From: a virus
Reading direction: 5' to 3' (one strand)
IMG/VR virus record: IMGVR_UViG_3300028827_000102
Location: 44,581 to 108,580 of that record
Length of the DNA stretch: 64,000 nt
Both the position numbers and the translations under genes were made by a program. A model generated the notes under the pieces. It was not told the origin of the DNA. It was given only the letters and a program-made list of their open reading frames with translations, and made no database searches. Of the stretch, positions 47,299 through 56,440 are shown one piece after another (position 1 is the first letter of the stretch; each line of letters begins with the position of its first letter).

Positions 47299-47936
47299 AG
47301 CGGACGTTTCTCTTTAGTGGCACCAGACTAAAGGGACAACAGGCACTAAAGCGGACGTTTCTCTTTAGTGGCACCAGACTAAAGGGACAACAGGCACTAA
47401 AGCGGACGTTTCTCTTTAGTGGCTTCTTGTTGTCTTTAGTGGTCTCGTGTCCACCTAAGCGTTATCCGATATACTTCCTTAATGTCACTTCGTATAAGGT
47501 GTATACAGATCGTGTGACTAAAGACGGAATACGGTTTAGGGTACCATACAACGTAGATGCCGATAAGTTTGCTGTTGCTGTAGATCAAAAAGTACGGGAG
47601 CTGGAAACATGTTTGGGAAAAAAGATTCGTAGGGATTGGTTTGCGGTATTTGTTCCAGATGATTGGTATGTGTCTAAGTGCAGTGGTGAGCAGTTGGTTC
47701 CTAGCAAAGCAGACCCTAAATTATGCAGAACGAAGGGATTGGTGCTGCCTCCGGAGTGTGAGTGGGTAATATATCCCAACGATAAGTGTCCTTGTGTGTG
47801 TAATTTTCGTGCGGTTACTCAGGACAATTATTATATAGTAACAGCGCCCAATCTAAAATTGTTTAAGAATGAGTTAGCTAGCATAGTATTGAATAACAGA
47901 AACTTGTGGGTGACAGAGTGGGCGAAGTGTTTATAA
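47256..47936 (+). CDS. Cys-rich lipoprotein with tandem-repeat N-terminus
   Basis: SD AAGGAG; FLLSLVVSC lipobox; several Cys in the mature part. Confidence 0.6.
   Translation: MGRYTKDVKCKRALKRTFLFSGTRLKGQQALKRTFLFSGTRLKGQQALKRTFLFSGFLLSLVVSCPPKRYPIYFLNVTSYKVYTDRVTKDGIRFRVPYNVDADKFAVAVDQKVRELETCLGKKIRRDWFAVFVPDDWYVSKCSGEQLVPSKADPKLCRTKGLVLPPECEWVIYPNDKCPCVCNFRAVTQDNYYIVTAPNLKLFKNELASIVLNNRNLWVTEWAKCL
47292..47423. repeat. 51-bp tandem repeat (2.6 copies) with internal palindrome
   Basis: gcactaaagcggacgtttctctttagtggc at 47292, 47343 and 47394, separated by an identical accagactaaagggacaacag. Confidence 0.95.
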
Positions 47937-47948
47937 ACGAGGCGAGCG

Positions 47949-48308
47949 ATGTTGGGATCACATGTACTGGTAGATATGTATGGAATATCTAATCATGATA
48001 TGATTGATGACAACACCAAATTATTTTCTCTTTTTAAAGAAGCAATAGATATAAGCGGAGCGACTTACGTGTCTCATAAATTTTCTCCGCAAGGTGTCAG
48101 CGGAGCTATAATTATATCAGAGTCACATTTGACTTGGCATACTTGGCCAGAGCTAAATTTCCTTAGTTTCGATTATTTTATGTGTGGCGATCATGTTCGG
48201 ATCGATATAGCAGTGGATCATATTACCGAAAAATTATGTCCTGAGAAGATAGATAAAAATATATATGTTAGGGGAGCATATTTTCCGTCTGCTGCTATTA
48301 GCGGATAA
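47949..48308 (+). CDS. speD: S-adenosylmethionine decarboxylase proenzyme (SpeD/SpeH type)
   Basis: GSHVLVD, HKFSPQGVSG, ISESHLTWHTWPE, DYFMCG. Confidence 0.92.
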   Translation: MLGSHVLVDMYGISNHDMIDDNTKLFSLFKEAIDISGATYVSHKFSPQGVSGAIIISESHLTWHTWPELNFLSFDYFMCGDHVRIDIAVDHITEKLCPEKIDKNIYVRGAYFPSAAISG

Positions 48309-48320
48309 TTGGAGGTGCAG

Positions 48321-48578
48321 ATGGACCATACACATAGAGTAGTTGCTATAAATAAGCTACGCGAGCTATTAGACAGTCTTGCGTCTGAAGCAGCTGCTCA
48401 ATCTAGAGAAATACATACACTTAAAGAAAAAATTACTGTTCTTACGAAGGATTTGGAAGAAAATTGGAAAGAGATACAGAAGATACGTAAACAGTTGGTG
48501 ACAGAGATGGATACATTTTTGACTCCTGTTCCTTTGCCTAAAGAGGAGATACCAAATGCGGGAAATTATAAAGTATAG
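48321..48578 (+). CDS. Coiled-coil hypothetical protein
   Basis: SD GGAGGT before ATG 48321. Confidence 0.6.
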   Translation: MDHTHRVVAINKLRELLDSLASEAAAQSREIHTLKEKITVLTKDLEENWKEIQKIRKQLVTEMDTFLTPVPLPKEEIPNAGNYKV

Positions 48579-48921
48579 GGGACACACGTATATAGCAGCC
48601 GAAGAGAGTGTTGTGGAAACAAAGGAGGACGTTTTTGAACGTTTGGAAAAATCTCCGAGTATAGACTGGGAAGATAAATATCTACACCCTATACTTGTTG
48701 TTTTGCGCGAAATGTTTGATGTAGAACAGGAACAAATTTCTATCGATAATTACCGGAAAATAAGTCCATTCGGAGATGATAGATTTGGTTTTGCTATAGT
48801 GGGGACTGTAATATTCAAAGATTTTCTTCCAGAAGATTATGGTAATCCTCCGTATATGTTTTTTGCACAGATTTCGCCTGATGGTGAACTTATGCTTCCG
48901 ATAGAAGTAGAAGGGAATTAA
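48556..48921 (+). CDS. Hypothetical (head-associated) protein
   Basis: SD GAGGAG; IKYRGHTYIAA. Confidence 0.6.
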   Translation: MREIIKYRGHTYIAAEESVVETKEDVFERLEKSPSIDWEDKYLHPILVVLREMFDVEQEQISIDNYRKISPFGDDRFGFAIVGTVIFKDFLPEDYGNPPYMFFAQISPDGELMLPIEVEGN

Positions 48922-49161
48922 TTGTCTAATTTAACCGAATCAAATAGGAATTTGTTATTATCAGAATTGCGTAGACTTAATTTACGCATGACTGAGCTAG
49001 AGATGCAGCTTACTTCGGTCCGTTCTGATATGGTATCTCTTGAATCTGCTTTTTGTGAACTTAAATCGGCCATGTCTGAAATAGAACAAATAGATGTAAT
49101 AAAATTAGCAATTGCAGCTTTGGAGACAGAAATAAACAAGTTAGTCACCAAACTAACTTAA
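48922..49161 (+). CDS. Coiled-coil hypothetical protein
   Basis: Leucine heptads; TTG start. Confidence 0.5.
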   Translation: MSNLTESNRNLLLSELRRLNLRMTELEMQLTSVRSDMVSLESAFCELKSAMSEIEQIDVIKLAIAALETEINKLVTKLT

Positions 49162-49171
49162 TATTTAGTGG
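49158..49171 (+). promoter_or_regulatory. Candidate late promoter
   Basis: TTAATATTTAGTGG upstream of 49198 and the scaffold gene. Confidence 0.5.
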
Positions 49172-49197
49172 TGAAGATATATCTGGGTTGAGGTCTA

Positions 49198-49590
49198 ATG
49201 GCTAATTGGAATAGAGTATGGTCTTCTCAGTGCAATAATTCGTGTTCAACGGATTGTTTTAATATACGTGGACCATCTGATGTATCCAGCGGTAAGCCTA
49301 CTGCTTTTGATGGTCTCACCACTAATATAACTTCTTTGGCTGATGTGACGGCTTTTTATGCCGAGGAAATAAAAAAGAGAACCAGCGCTAGCAGATATGT
49401 AATAACAGGAACAACCAGCACGTCATTTGTTGTTGTATTTAAGATACACAGACAAAATGACAAAATACTGACCATACAATATAGTAGTGCTGAAGGAACA
49501 ATGCCGGTGGCTGTCACATTTTCCGGTGGTTATTCTGCTAATATTTATAGTATGACCCAGATGGTAGATTGGGTTGTCGATAAAATGTAG
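49198..49590 (+). CDS. Hypothetical protein
   Basis: SD GAGGT. Confidence 0.6.
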   Translation: MANWNRVWSSQCNNSCSTDCFNIRGPSDVSSGKPTAFDGLTTNITSLADVTAFYAEEIKKRTSASRYVITGTTSTSFVVVFKIHRQNDKILTIQYSSAEGTMPVAVTFSGGYSANIYSMTQMVDWVVDKM

Positions 49591-49650
49591 TGCGCTCTCA
49601 CCGATAGACAAAACAGGCTGCACTTCATAGATTACCTATTGGAGGAAAAA

Positions 49651-50871
49651 ATGAAAGTTTCAAAGCGCAATGACAGGTTACATGCTATTCGTCGTTCTCG
49701 TGCTCGTGAGGCTGCACGTATTCTGCGAGCCCGTAGAATACGAAGAGCTTTGGAAGATCTAGATATGGACATAAATCTAGATGAAATTTTGGATGAGGAC
49801 GTTGAGGAGCTATCGGAAGATGAGTTCGAGCCGGTAGAGTGCCCGGTAGGTTGTGTGCCGGAAGAGGAGAAAGAGGAAGAGAGGGAAGAGGAAAAGAAAG
49901 AAGAAGAGGCTGAAGAAGCAGAAGAGAAGGAAGAATCAGAAGAAGAGGAAAAGGAAGAAGTAGAGGCAAGCGTGTCTGATGTTTCTGAGGAGCAGGGAGA
50001 GACATCTGATACTACTGAAGATGTGGTTACAGCTACAAACGCCGAGGAAGATGTAACCACAACAGACCGTGTGGCCACTATTGTTCCCAAGACAGCTCTT
50101 TCAGACGTGGATCCGAATACTATCAATTTGGTTCTGCATAACACCGATAAGCCACACTATGTTATCATGGCTTCTGGTCATCCAGTAGGTGAAATTCATC
50201 TCGAAGATATGGATATTCCAGAAGACATGCAAGATCTATTTGCTTCCGATCAGTTTACTAATGGGTTGTTGGACAGCATTCAGCATTTTGGTGTGTCGGC
50301 TGCTCTACATGATATGCCTGTACGTTATTATGAGGATGCTGTTTCTGTTCCACAGGCAGAGGACAGGGGCCGCAAGGCAGCTTTGCAGGATCTAGAGGAA
50401 GCATACCAACGTAAGGTTGCTGCTATCAAAGACGAAATGTTCAACAAGGTTCATTTGGCGTTTGAGGCTTCTTTGAAAAACGTTCTTCTCAGTAACCCAC
50501 TGCGTGATGCTTTCCGTCAGGCTGCCACAGCTTATGGTATGACTGATTCTGCTGCTGTTGAGGTGTTTGAGCAAGCTATGCAGACAGCTGGCGCAGACTA
50601 TTTTGCCTCTTTGTTCCAGAAGGCCGATGAATGGTTGGGCTTCCAGCCTGAAGCAATGCAGCAAATTGAGGCTACTATACGAGAAGCAGAGTATAGTCAT
50701 CCTGTAGATCGTGGGCTCGAAGTAGCTGAGGAAGAGGTACAACCCGAGCGTGTGGCATCTATTCCACGTACTATGATGCCAAAGCAGGCACCACAGGCGG
50801 AAAAGACAGCTGCTGTAAATGGTGAGGAGATACTGCGCAATTACCTACGGGGGATAGGCTTCCGTAAGTAA
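49651..50871 (+). CDS. Putative prohead scaffold/core protein
   Basis: SD GGAGG; basic N-terminus, Glu-rich tract, helical body; directly before the protease gene. Confidence 0.6.
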   Translation: MKVSKRNDRLHAIRRSRAREAARILRARRIRRALEDLDMDINLDEILDEDVEELSEDEFEPVECPVGCVPEEEKEEEREEEKKEEEAEEAEEKEESEEEEKEEVEASVSDVSEEQGETSDTTEDVVTATNAEEDVTTTDRVATIVPKTALSDVDPNTINLVLHNTDKPHYVIMASGHPVGEIHLEDMDIPEDMQDLFASDQFTNGLLDSIQHFGVSAALHDMPVRYYEDAVSVPQAEDRGRKAALQDLEEAYQRKVAAIKDEMFNKVHLAFEASLKNVLLSNPLRDAFRQAATAYGMTDSAAVEVFEQAMQTAGADYFASLFQKADEWLGFQPEAMQQIEATIREAEYSHPVDRGLEVAEEEVQPERVASIPRTMMPKQAPQAEKTAAVNGEEILRNYLRGIGFRK

Positions 50872-50881
50872 TACGTTAGTT

Positions 50882-50924
50882 AGTCTCTTGGGGAGATGTT
50901 TCCCCAAGAGACTCATTTTTCTTT
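50882..50924 (+). terminator. Rho-independent terminator
   Basis: AGTCTCTTGGGGA-gatgtt-TCCCCAAGAGACT then a T-rich tail. Confidence 0.85.
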
Positions 50925-50940
50925 TCAAAGTGAATAAAAT

Positions 50941-51723
50941 ATGAAATCTGTTTCCTATGGTCCTGGTCTTCATTTAGGTACTCCGGTATTAGCCCATACG
51001 ATAGATAAAGATAGGGTAGTGGAAAAGAAGCCCAAGGTAATAATGGGCCATAAATTGGACATTGTAACCCACAAAACTTTAGGCAAAATAGCCGTCGGAG
51101 ATGCGTTAGATTCGTGTGCTTGCAATCAACTAAGAATCGACTGGTTGCCTTTTGCATCTGAATCGTATCATATATCTCCCAAAATAGAAGACTATGTTTT
51201 AGTGGAGGTGCCGATTGTAGTAGAAATGTATCCTAACAGAAATATGGATGCTTTTCCGTTTTCTGAGCTTACTGCTTGGCGACCAATGATTGGTCGTACA
51301 GCCTGGCAAACATTTATAGGAAAACCGGTACATCAGGACCACCAAAATGAAGATCCCACTAAGGCCAAGGGTGTAATATTCGACGCTTCTCTGTCCAAAT
51401 TTCGGGGCAGGTGGCATGTTAAGATTTTAAAGGGGTTTGATCGTACAAAAGACCCTGCTTTAGCGAAAAAGGTTCAGAAAAAAGATCGAGTTGGTCATTC
51501 GATGGGTACCTTGGTTGATCGTGCTGAATGCTCGCTTCCTTGGTGCCGCTACTTGTCTGATAATGTTAATACATGTGAGCATATAGCTCAAGGTAGCGGT
51601 AAGGGTATGGTAATTAGAGGGCATTTAGTGTATGAATTATTAAGAGACTTCAATTTCATAGAGTCTTCTAGTGTAGAAGATCCTGCATATGCTGTAGCTT
51701 TAACAGATTATTTTATAGGATAA
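50941..51723 (+). CDS. Prohead (maturation) protease, HK97/assemblin fold
   Basis: PNRNMDAF, TFIGKPVHQDH, KGVIFD, catalytic-like HSMG, C...C...CEH, FIESSSVEDPA. Confidence 0.75.
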   Translation: MKSVSYGPGLHLGTPVLAHTIDKDRVVEKKPKVIMGHKLDIVTHKTLGKIAVGDALDSCACNQLRIDWLPFASESYHISPKIEDYVLVEVPIVVEMYPNRNMDAFPFSELTAWRPMIGRTAWQTFIGKPVHQDHQNEDPTKAKGVIFDASLSKFRGRWHVKILKGFDRTKDPALAKKVQKKDRVGHSMGTLVDRAECSLPWCRYLSDNVNTCEHIAQGSGKGMVIRGHLVYELLRDFNFIESSSVEDPAYAVALTDYFIG

Positions 51724-51725
51724 CA

Positions 51726-52670
51726 ATGAAACTTTACAGCGTTAATTTTGATATATGTGTAGACGACTTAGATTTATTAGATGATCCAAATTCGTACTAT
51801 AAAATCCAGAGAGCCGCATTAACAGAATTTAGCCGTCGTACTGGTTTGGCGGCAGTAATAGTCGGCTCTGTTACAGATAATTGTTTTCTTGGACAAATAA
51901 AAGGTTTAGTTAGTGTTGAGGACATAATTAGTTTGTACGATTGGGTTACTAAAAATAGTGCTGTAATAGATGGTACCGTTTTCAGCGATAAATATCCAGT
52001 ATACTTTAGTGATTTTACGGCTACAGAAATGACTGGTTCCGGAAAACCTATACCATTAAGCATAGGACAGTGGGAAGATAATATTTTCCCGGATATAAGT
52101 GCCGATGAGGTGCTATTAACAGAAGCTCGTTATGAGCAAAGGAGTGGTATCATGACCCGGAGAATGAGTAAGGCCCGTAGAAGAGAAATGGCCCGTCGTT
52201 TGGCTGCTGCACGCAGAGCAGCTAGAAGAAAGGCAGAGCGCAGAGCACGCGACATCGATGCTACAGATCTACGCAAGCGTATTGCCAAGCTACGTGCTCG
52301 TCTCGATGAGATGGAGGTAGAGGAACGTAGTGCAGGGCGCAAGAAGACTTCCGAGACAGTTAAACGTGCAACCAAATTGGCTGCTGCAGAAGACAGAGTA
52401 AAGGTTCTACGTCGTTTACTTAGACGCGCAGAAAAAGAATATAAAGAGCTACGTCAAAATGGTGCAGAGATAGTAGATAAGCGTCGTGCGGCTTTACGTA
52501 AACGTAGACTAGAGCAAAAGAAAGCTGAGATACGTCGTCGCAAGATGTTGGCAGCTCTACGTGCGCGTAGAAAGGCGTTTAGTGCGCGGAAAGCTGACGC
52601 TGAAAATGAGGCGCCGCGTATGATTCGTCGCAAGCGCGATGGTAAGCTGTTCCTGCGTACTGATATATAG
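51726..52670 (+). CDS. Two-domain head protein with Arg-rich C-terminal half; internal start at 52152
   Basis: Acidic globular N-half; C-half 172 aa with 44 Arg and 20 Lys. Confidence 0.7.
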   Translation: MKLYSVNFDICVDDLDLLDDPNSYYKIQRAALTEFSRRTGLAAVIVGSVTDNCFLGQIKGLVSVEDIISLYDWVTKNSAVIDGTVFSDKYPVYFSDFTATEMTGSGKPIPLSIGQWEDNIFPDISADEVLLTEARYEQRSGIMTRRMSKARRREMARRLAAARRAARRKAERRARDIDATDLRKRIAKLRARLDEMEVEERSAGRKKTSETVKRATKLAAAEDRVKVLRRLLRRAEKEYKELRQNGAEIVDKRRAALRKRRLEQKKAEIRRRKMLAALRARRKAFSARKADAENEAPRMIRRKRDGKLFLRTDI

Positions 52671-52681
52671 TAAAACATTAC

Positions 52682-52713
52682 AGCCTGCACGGAAATTTTC
52701 CGTGCAGGCTTTT
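52682..52713 (+). terminator. Rho-independent terminator
   Basis: AGCCTGCACGGAAATTTTCCGTGCAGGCT followed by TTT. Confidence 0.85.
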
Positions 52714-52723
52714 AGGTGGTCAC

Positions 52724-53227
52724 ATGGATTATTCTATTCTATTGCCAGAAGAAGAAAAACAACCAGGCGAGGTACATCCACAACTTCGTAAACGTATGGG
52801 TGTGGCACTAGCGGATCTTTTTGATGAGCATGGACCACAAATATATAGCAGCATAGTATCTTCTTTGAAAAAGATAGCTGTAAAGGCTTTTAGTGATGGT
52901 ATAGATGATTTAGAAGCCGCTGTTGAATCGGAACTTGGTAATAGGGGATTGGAAGAATCAAAAAAGCATATACGTGATTGGATGGAAAGCATAGTCGAAG
53001 ATGTATTGTATTATGGAATAAATGAGCTTGCTCTTGCATTGGGAAACATGGCCAATGATCTTGTAGCAGAATATATTCAGGATGATGTGGATGATGTATC
53101 TCCCAGTGATATTGATGATCTTTTACCTTCGATAAATATGGATTCTGATATACCGGAAGAAGTGCAAGATGATTTAGACGAGACTGAGGAAGAAGAGAAA
53201 GAAGAAGAAGAAGGATTAATCGGATGA
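52724..53227 (+). CDS. Acidic hypothetical protein
   Basis: SD AGGTGG; D/E-rich tail. Confidence 0.6.
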   Translation: MDYSILLPEEEKQPGEVHPQLRKRMGVALADLFDEHGPQIYSSIVSSLKKIAVKAFSDGIDDLEAAVESELGNRGLEESKKHIRDWMESIVEDVLYYGINELALALGNMANDLVAEYIQDDVDDVSPSDIDDLLPSINMDSDIPEEVQDDLDETEEEEKEEEEGLIG

Positions 53228-53670
53228 TCAATCCTCACGAAGTAGTAAATTTTCTTCTTGGAAGGAAAGCTTCTTTGGGGGTAAAAATATCTACTGATGT
53301 TGATAAACAGCAGGCTAGAAAAGTGCTATCACGTATGGCACATAGGTACGGTGGTTATGTACCTACAAAATGGCTGAAATATATAAATACAAATTATGAC
53401 ATAAACAGTGATGCAATTAAACTTCAGCCAGGTATGACTGTACCAGTCACTATAGGTGGCGTAGAGACTACGATGTATATAGAATCACTACGTCGTCTAA
53501 ATTTCCGTGGTTTACCGTGGTATGTCCAAATGCGTGTAAATCTGGACACAGAAAATATGCCTGTATTCATTGGTAATGAAAGTCGTTGCGCGTGTAGGTA
53601 TTGTGGTACAAATCCAAAAGGTAACGAAACAAGTTGCCTTTCTTGCGGAGCGCCGCTCCCACATTGTTAA
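53224..53670 (+). CDS. Hypothetical protein with C-terminal Zn ribbon
   Basis: CRYCG...CLSCGAP; ATGA overlap. Confidence 0.6.
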   Translation: MINPHEVVNFLLGRKASLGVKISTDVDKQQARKVLSRMAHRYGGYVPTKWLKYINTNYDINSDAIKLQPGMTVPVTIGGVETTMYIESLRRLNFRGLPWYVQMRVNLDTENMPVFIGNESRCACRYCGTNPKGNETSCLSCGAPLPHC

Positions 53671-53678
53671 ATATAGCT

Positions 53679-53981
53679 ATGGCAAAAATAAACGTCCCAA
53701 CATATTTACTTCCATCTTACATAGAAAGACTTAGATGGGAGACTAGACAACAAAAAGCATTATTAGATTTAGCTGAACGTAGATTAGATCCAATGATAAA
53801 TTGGGATGGTTTATTGGAGCATTATAAAGTATTTTTTCATGAGGACTTGCCGTCAGATTTAGTATTTAGACGGTATTTTGATGAGCTGAAAACTTTAAGT
53901 GAAGATGAATCACTTAAAGGAAAAAAGTTCATAGAAGTATCTTCTGATTTAGCTAGAGCGGTAAAAGAAATTGCGCAGTAA
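53679..53981 (+). CDS. Hypothetical protein
   Basis: ATG 53679 after the upstream stop. Confidence 0.55.
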   Translation: MAKINVPTYLLPSYIERLRWETRQQKALLDLAERRLDPMINWDGLLEHYKVFFHEDLPSDLVFRRYFDELKTLSEDESLKGKKFIEVSSDLARAVKEIAQ

Positions 53982-54285
53982 ACTAAAAGACTGGATTCGG
54001 CTACTTGAGTCGATAGATTTCGGTCTGGCTAGCATGTCGGAACGTGCTGAAGATAGTATGTTAAGAGTATTAGAGCACGTTTCGGAAGAAATGTCTGATT
54101 TAGGGTTTGATACTTCAAAGATAGATTTGGCCATCCGCACTTTTAGAACTAGTCCTGAAGAGTCTAGAGGATATTTATTTGGTCCGGCTAATACTGGAAA
54201 TGGCGCAGGTGTAATAGATGACTTAAAAAAGTCACTGCACAGCTCTGTAATTTATATGGGTCATCTATACAGTCCGGTGGATTAA
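53971..54285 (+). CDS. Hypothetical protein
   Basis: Overlapping TTG start; 104 aa. Confidence 0.5.
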   Translation: MRSKLKDWIRLLESIDFGLASMSERAEDSMLRVLEHVSEEMSDLGFDTSKIDLAIRTFRTSPEESRGYLFGPANTGNGAGVIDDLKKSLHSSVIYMGHLYSPVD

Positions 54286-54322
54286 AAATCCGTCACATTC
54301 ATCACATTTTGGCGAAATAGTC

Positions 54323-54336
54323 TTAAATTATAGTAG
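54323..54336 (+). promoter_or_regulatory. Candidate late promoter for the capsid operon
   Basis: TTAAATTATAGTAG about 160 nt before ATG 54496. Confidence 0.6.
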
Positions 54337-54495
54337 AAGATTTAATCATCTCTTACTAATCACACCTTACGTAAATCATCTGGTCGTAAATCACCGATAG
54401 AAAAATAACGTATTAGCTGTAATGGTGCAGTTAATGCGAATAAAGTAACCGGTTCGCGTTTTTTACGAATCGAATCATGGTTATGGAGGTTAACA

Positions 54496-55281
54496 ATGGC
54501 AATTCAACCAGTAGGAAGCGTTCGGTCGAAGTACGACCTCACGCGATCCCGCTTCCAGTTTCGTGATGAGTACGAACTGGTATCGGGGACAAATCTGACT
54601 GAGGAAGGTCAGTGGATGATCGCGGGCGGGTCGTCAAGCCAGCAAGTGACCACATCTGCTGGTAGTGCCAATGAGGTACCCATGGGGGCAGCTCTTATGG
54701 GTAAGATTCTTGGTGCTACTTTTACCAACTATGAAGAGGGGACGGTTCCCGCTTCTCCAGGTCCATATACCTATACCTTAGAGTATAGTAACCTTGTTAC
54801 CAACTCTTACACCAGTCTGGCGGATGCCTATATCTACGACACCACAGCTGGTAGTGAGGTTGGTGTAGCAGGTAGCGTTTCTAGCGGTAATGCGACTGTA
54901 AACGTATCGACGGGCGTGGTTACTTTCCACAGTGACGAGGCCGGTCATGAGTTTTACATTCGTTATCGCTTCAATTTAACAGTGGCACAGGCTCGTGCCA
55001 TTTTGAAGCAGTCTGCGGTAGGTGCTGGCAGCGAAGACACCTTTTCTAAGGTATTCGTCGGTCGTGGACACTGTGTGATTTACACAACCATGTTCGACTG
55101 CGATGCTGCTTGGGTACTGAATCAGCAGACATTTGCTGCTGCTAGCGGTAACCCTGTATTGGGAGCCGGTGGCGTGTTGACTATTTACGACAACAACAAT
55201 GCCGGTACTCGTTTTGGTCGTGTTGTGTCGCTTCCGTCCACAGACGACCCGTACCTCGGCGTAGAGTACGAGACCCCATAA
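54496..55281 (+). CDS. Capsid decoration/minor head protein
   Basis: SD GGAGGT; immediately upstream of the MCP; G/S/T-rich; ends PSTDDPYLGVE. Confidence 0.6.
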   Translation: MAIQPVGSVRSKYDLTRSRFQFRDEYELVSGTNLTEEGQWMIAGGSSSQQVTTSAGSANEVPMGAALMGKILGATFTNYEEGTVPASPGPYTYTLEYSNLVTNSYTSLADAYIYDTTAGSEVGVAGSVSSGNATVNVSTGVVTFHSDEAGHEFYIRYRFNLTVAQARAILKQSAVGAGSEDTFSKVFVGRGHCVIYTTMFDCDAAWVLNQQTFAAASGNPVLGAGGVLTIYDNNNAGTRFGRVVSLPSTDDPYLGVEYETP

Positions 55282-55299
55282 TAGAGGAGGGATGAAGAA

Positions 55300-56403
55300 A
55301 TGAAGTTCAAGTTTGTTGATAAGCAAGGACAAGACATCTCCCAGGGGCCTAAGTACTGGCGTACTCGTTCCGGAAAGTTCGAGGCAACAGACACGCCTCT
55401 GGTAGATAAACACGGTAACTACAATGCTACGTCCAAAAAGGACCTTATTGAGACCGTAGCCACCATCGTAGCTATGCTGCAGTCCGGTGATCTTCAGCAC
55501 GAGTCCGAGCCGGATGTAAACGAGAAGGCTGCTCTTAATAAGCTGGTAGAGGCTGCTCTTGGCGATCCATCTGAACGGGGCGGGGCTTTCGAGCGTCTCG
55601 GTCAGGTTTTCGTAGATGTAGTCTCCGAGACCATGGGACGTCAGGCGTTTACTGATAAGATCATGGCTCAGCTGGACATACCTGAGAGAGGTATTCCAAA
55701 GGTCGAGATCGATCAGTTTGACGTGGTTACTTGGCATATGACCAGTGCTGGTGCTGTAAAGGAAGTGGTATCCAAGCCACGTTTCCACTTCCCTGAAGGC
55801 TTCTGGCTCAATTGTATGCTAGTAATCGAGGAGCAAGATCTACATTTCGCAGGCGAGCAGTTCCTGGAGCGTAAGTATAATACTGCGTTGCAGTCGCTTA
55901 TGGTACGCGAAGATAACGTTACCAAGTTCCTGCTTGATCAGGCAGCTCCTATTGCCAACGATGTTATTTCTTTCTCGGCATTTACACCTGTTGTATTTGC
56001 TCTTCTAAGAGAGCAAGTATGGCAGCATGGGCTTACAGCTACCACAGCGTTGGTATCGGTAGATCTGCAGAATGATATTCTGGCGGATACAGACTGGCAC
56101 AATATCTATTCTCCTGTTGAGAAGCACATTCTTCTCACAGAAGGAAAACTTGGTAGTCTAGCCGGTATCGAAGTATTCACGGATGGTTATCGTATGGACA
56201 CCCTGCGTGTGCTGGATAGCGGTGAAGTATACATGCTTGCCGCTCCCCAGACACTGGGTGTAAAGGGCGTGATGCGTCCGCTATACTCTGATCCCATCAA
56301 CCTGCATGTATTCGGTCGTCCTGCTCGTGGTTGGTTCCTCGGGCAGTACGAGGTGATCGACGTAACCAACCATCGTGCTGTCGCTCGCGGCACGAAGCTG
56401 TAA
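55300..56403 (+). CDS. Major capsid protein (HK97 fold)
   Basis: Strong SD, codon usage typical of highly expressed genes, 367 aa; NATSKKDL, MVREDN, EGKLGSLAGIEV.TDGYR; terminator follows. Confidence 0.8.
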   Translation: MKFKFVDKQGQDISQGPKYWRTRSGKFEATDTPLVDKHGNYNATSKKDLIETVATIVAMLQSGDLQHESEPDVNEKAALNKLVEAALGDPSERGGAFERLGQVFVDVVSETMGRQAFTDKIMAQLDIPERGIPKVEIDQFDVVTWHMTSAGAVKEVVSKPRFHFPEGFWLNCMLVIEEQDLHFAGEQFLERKYNTALQSLMVREDNVTKFLLDQAAPIANDVISFSAFTPVVFALLREQVWQHGLTATTALVSVDLQNDILADTDWHNIYSPVEKHILLTEGKLGSLAGIEVFTDGYRMDTLRVLDSGEVYMLAAPQTLGVKGVMRPLYSDPINLHVFGRPARGWFLGQYEVIDVTNHRAVARGTKL

Positions 56404-56440
56404 TCTACCATGACTCCTTCCTAGTGTCCCCTCCTACAAG

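Noticed and set aside
47292-47423. CRISPR array
   Set aside because: Both spacers are identical and only 21 nt, the period is an in-frame 51 bp within a CDS, and there is no leader or adjacent cas operon.
54286-54495. tRNA or known riboswitch in the long intergenic region
   Set aside because: No cloverleaf, GTTCRA T-loop or recognisable aptamer; I found no tRNA anywhere in the window by eye.
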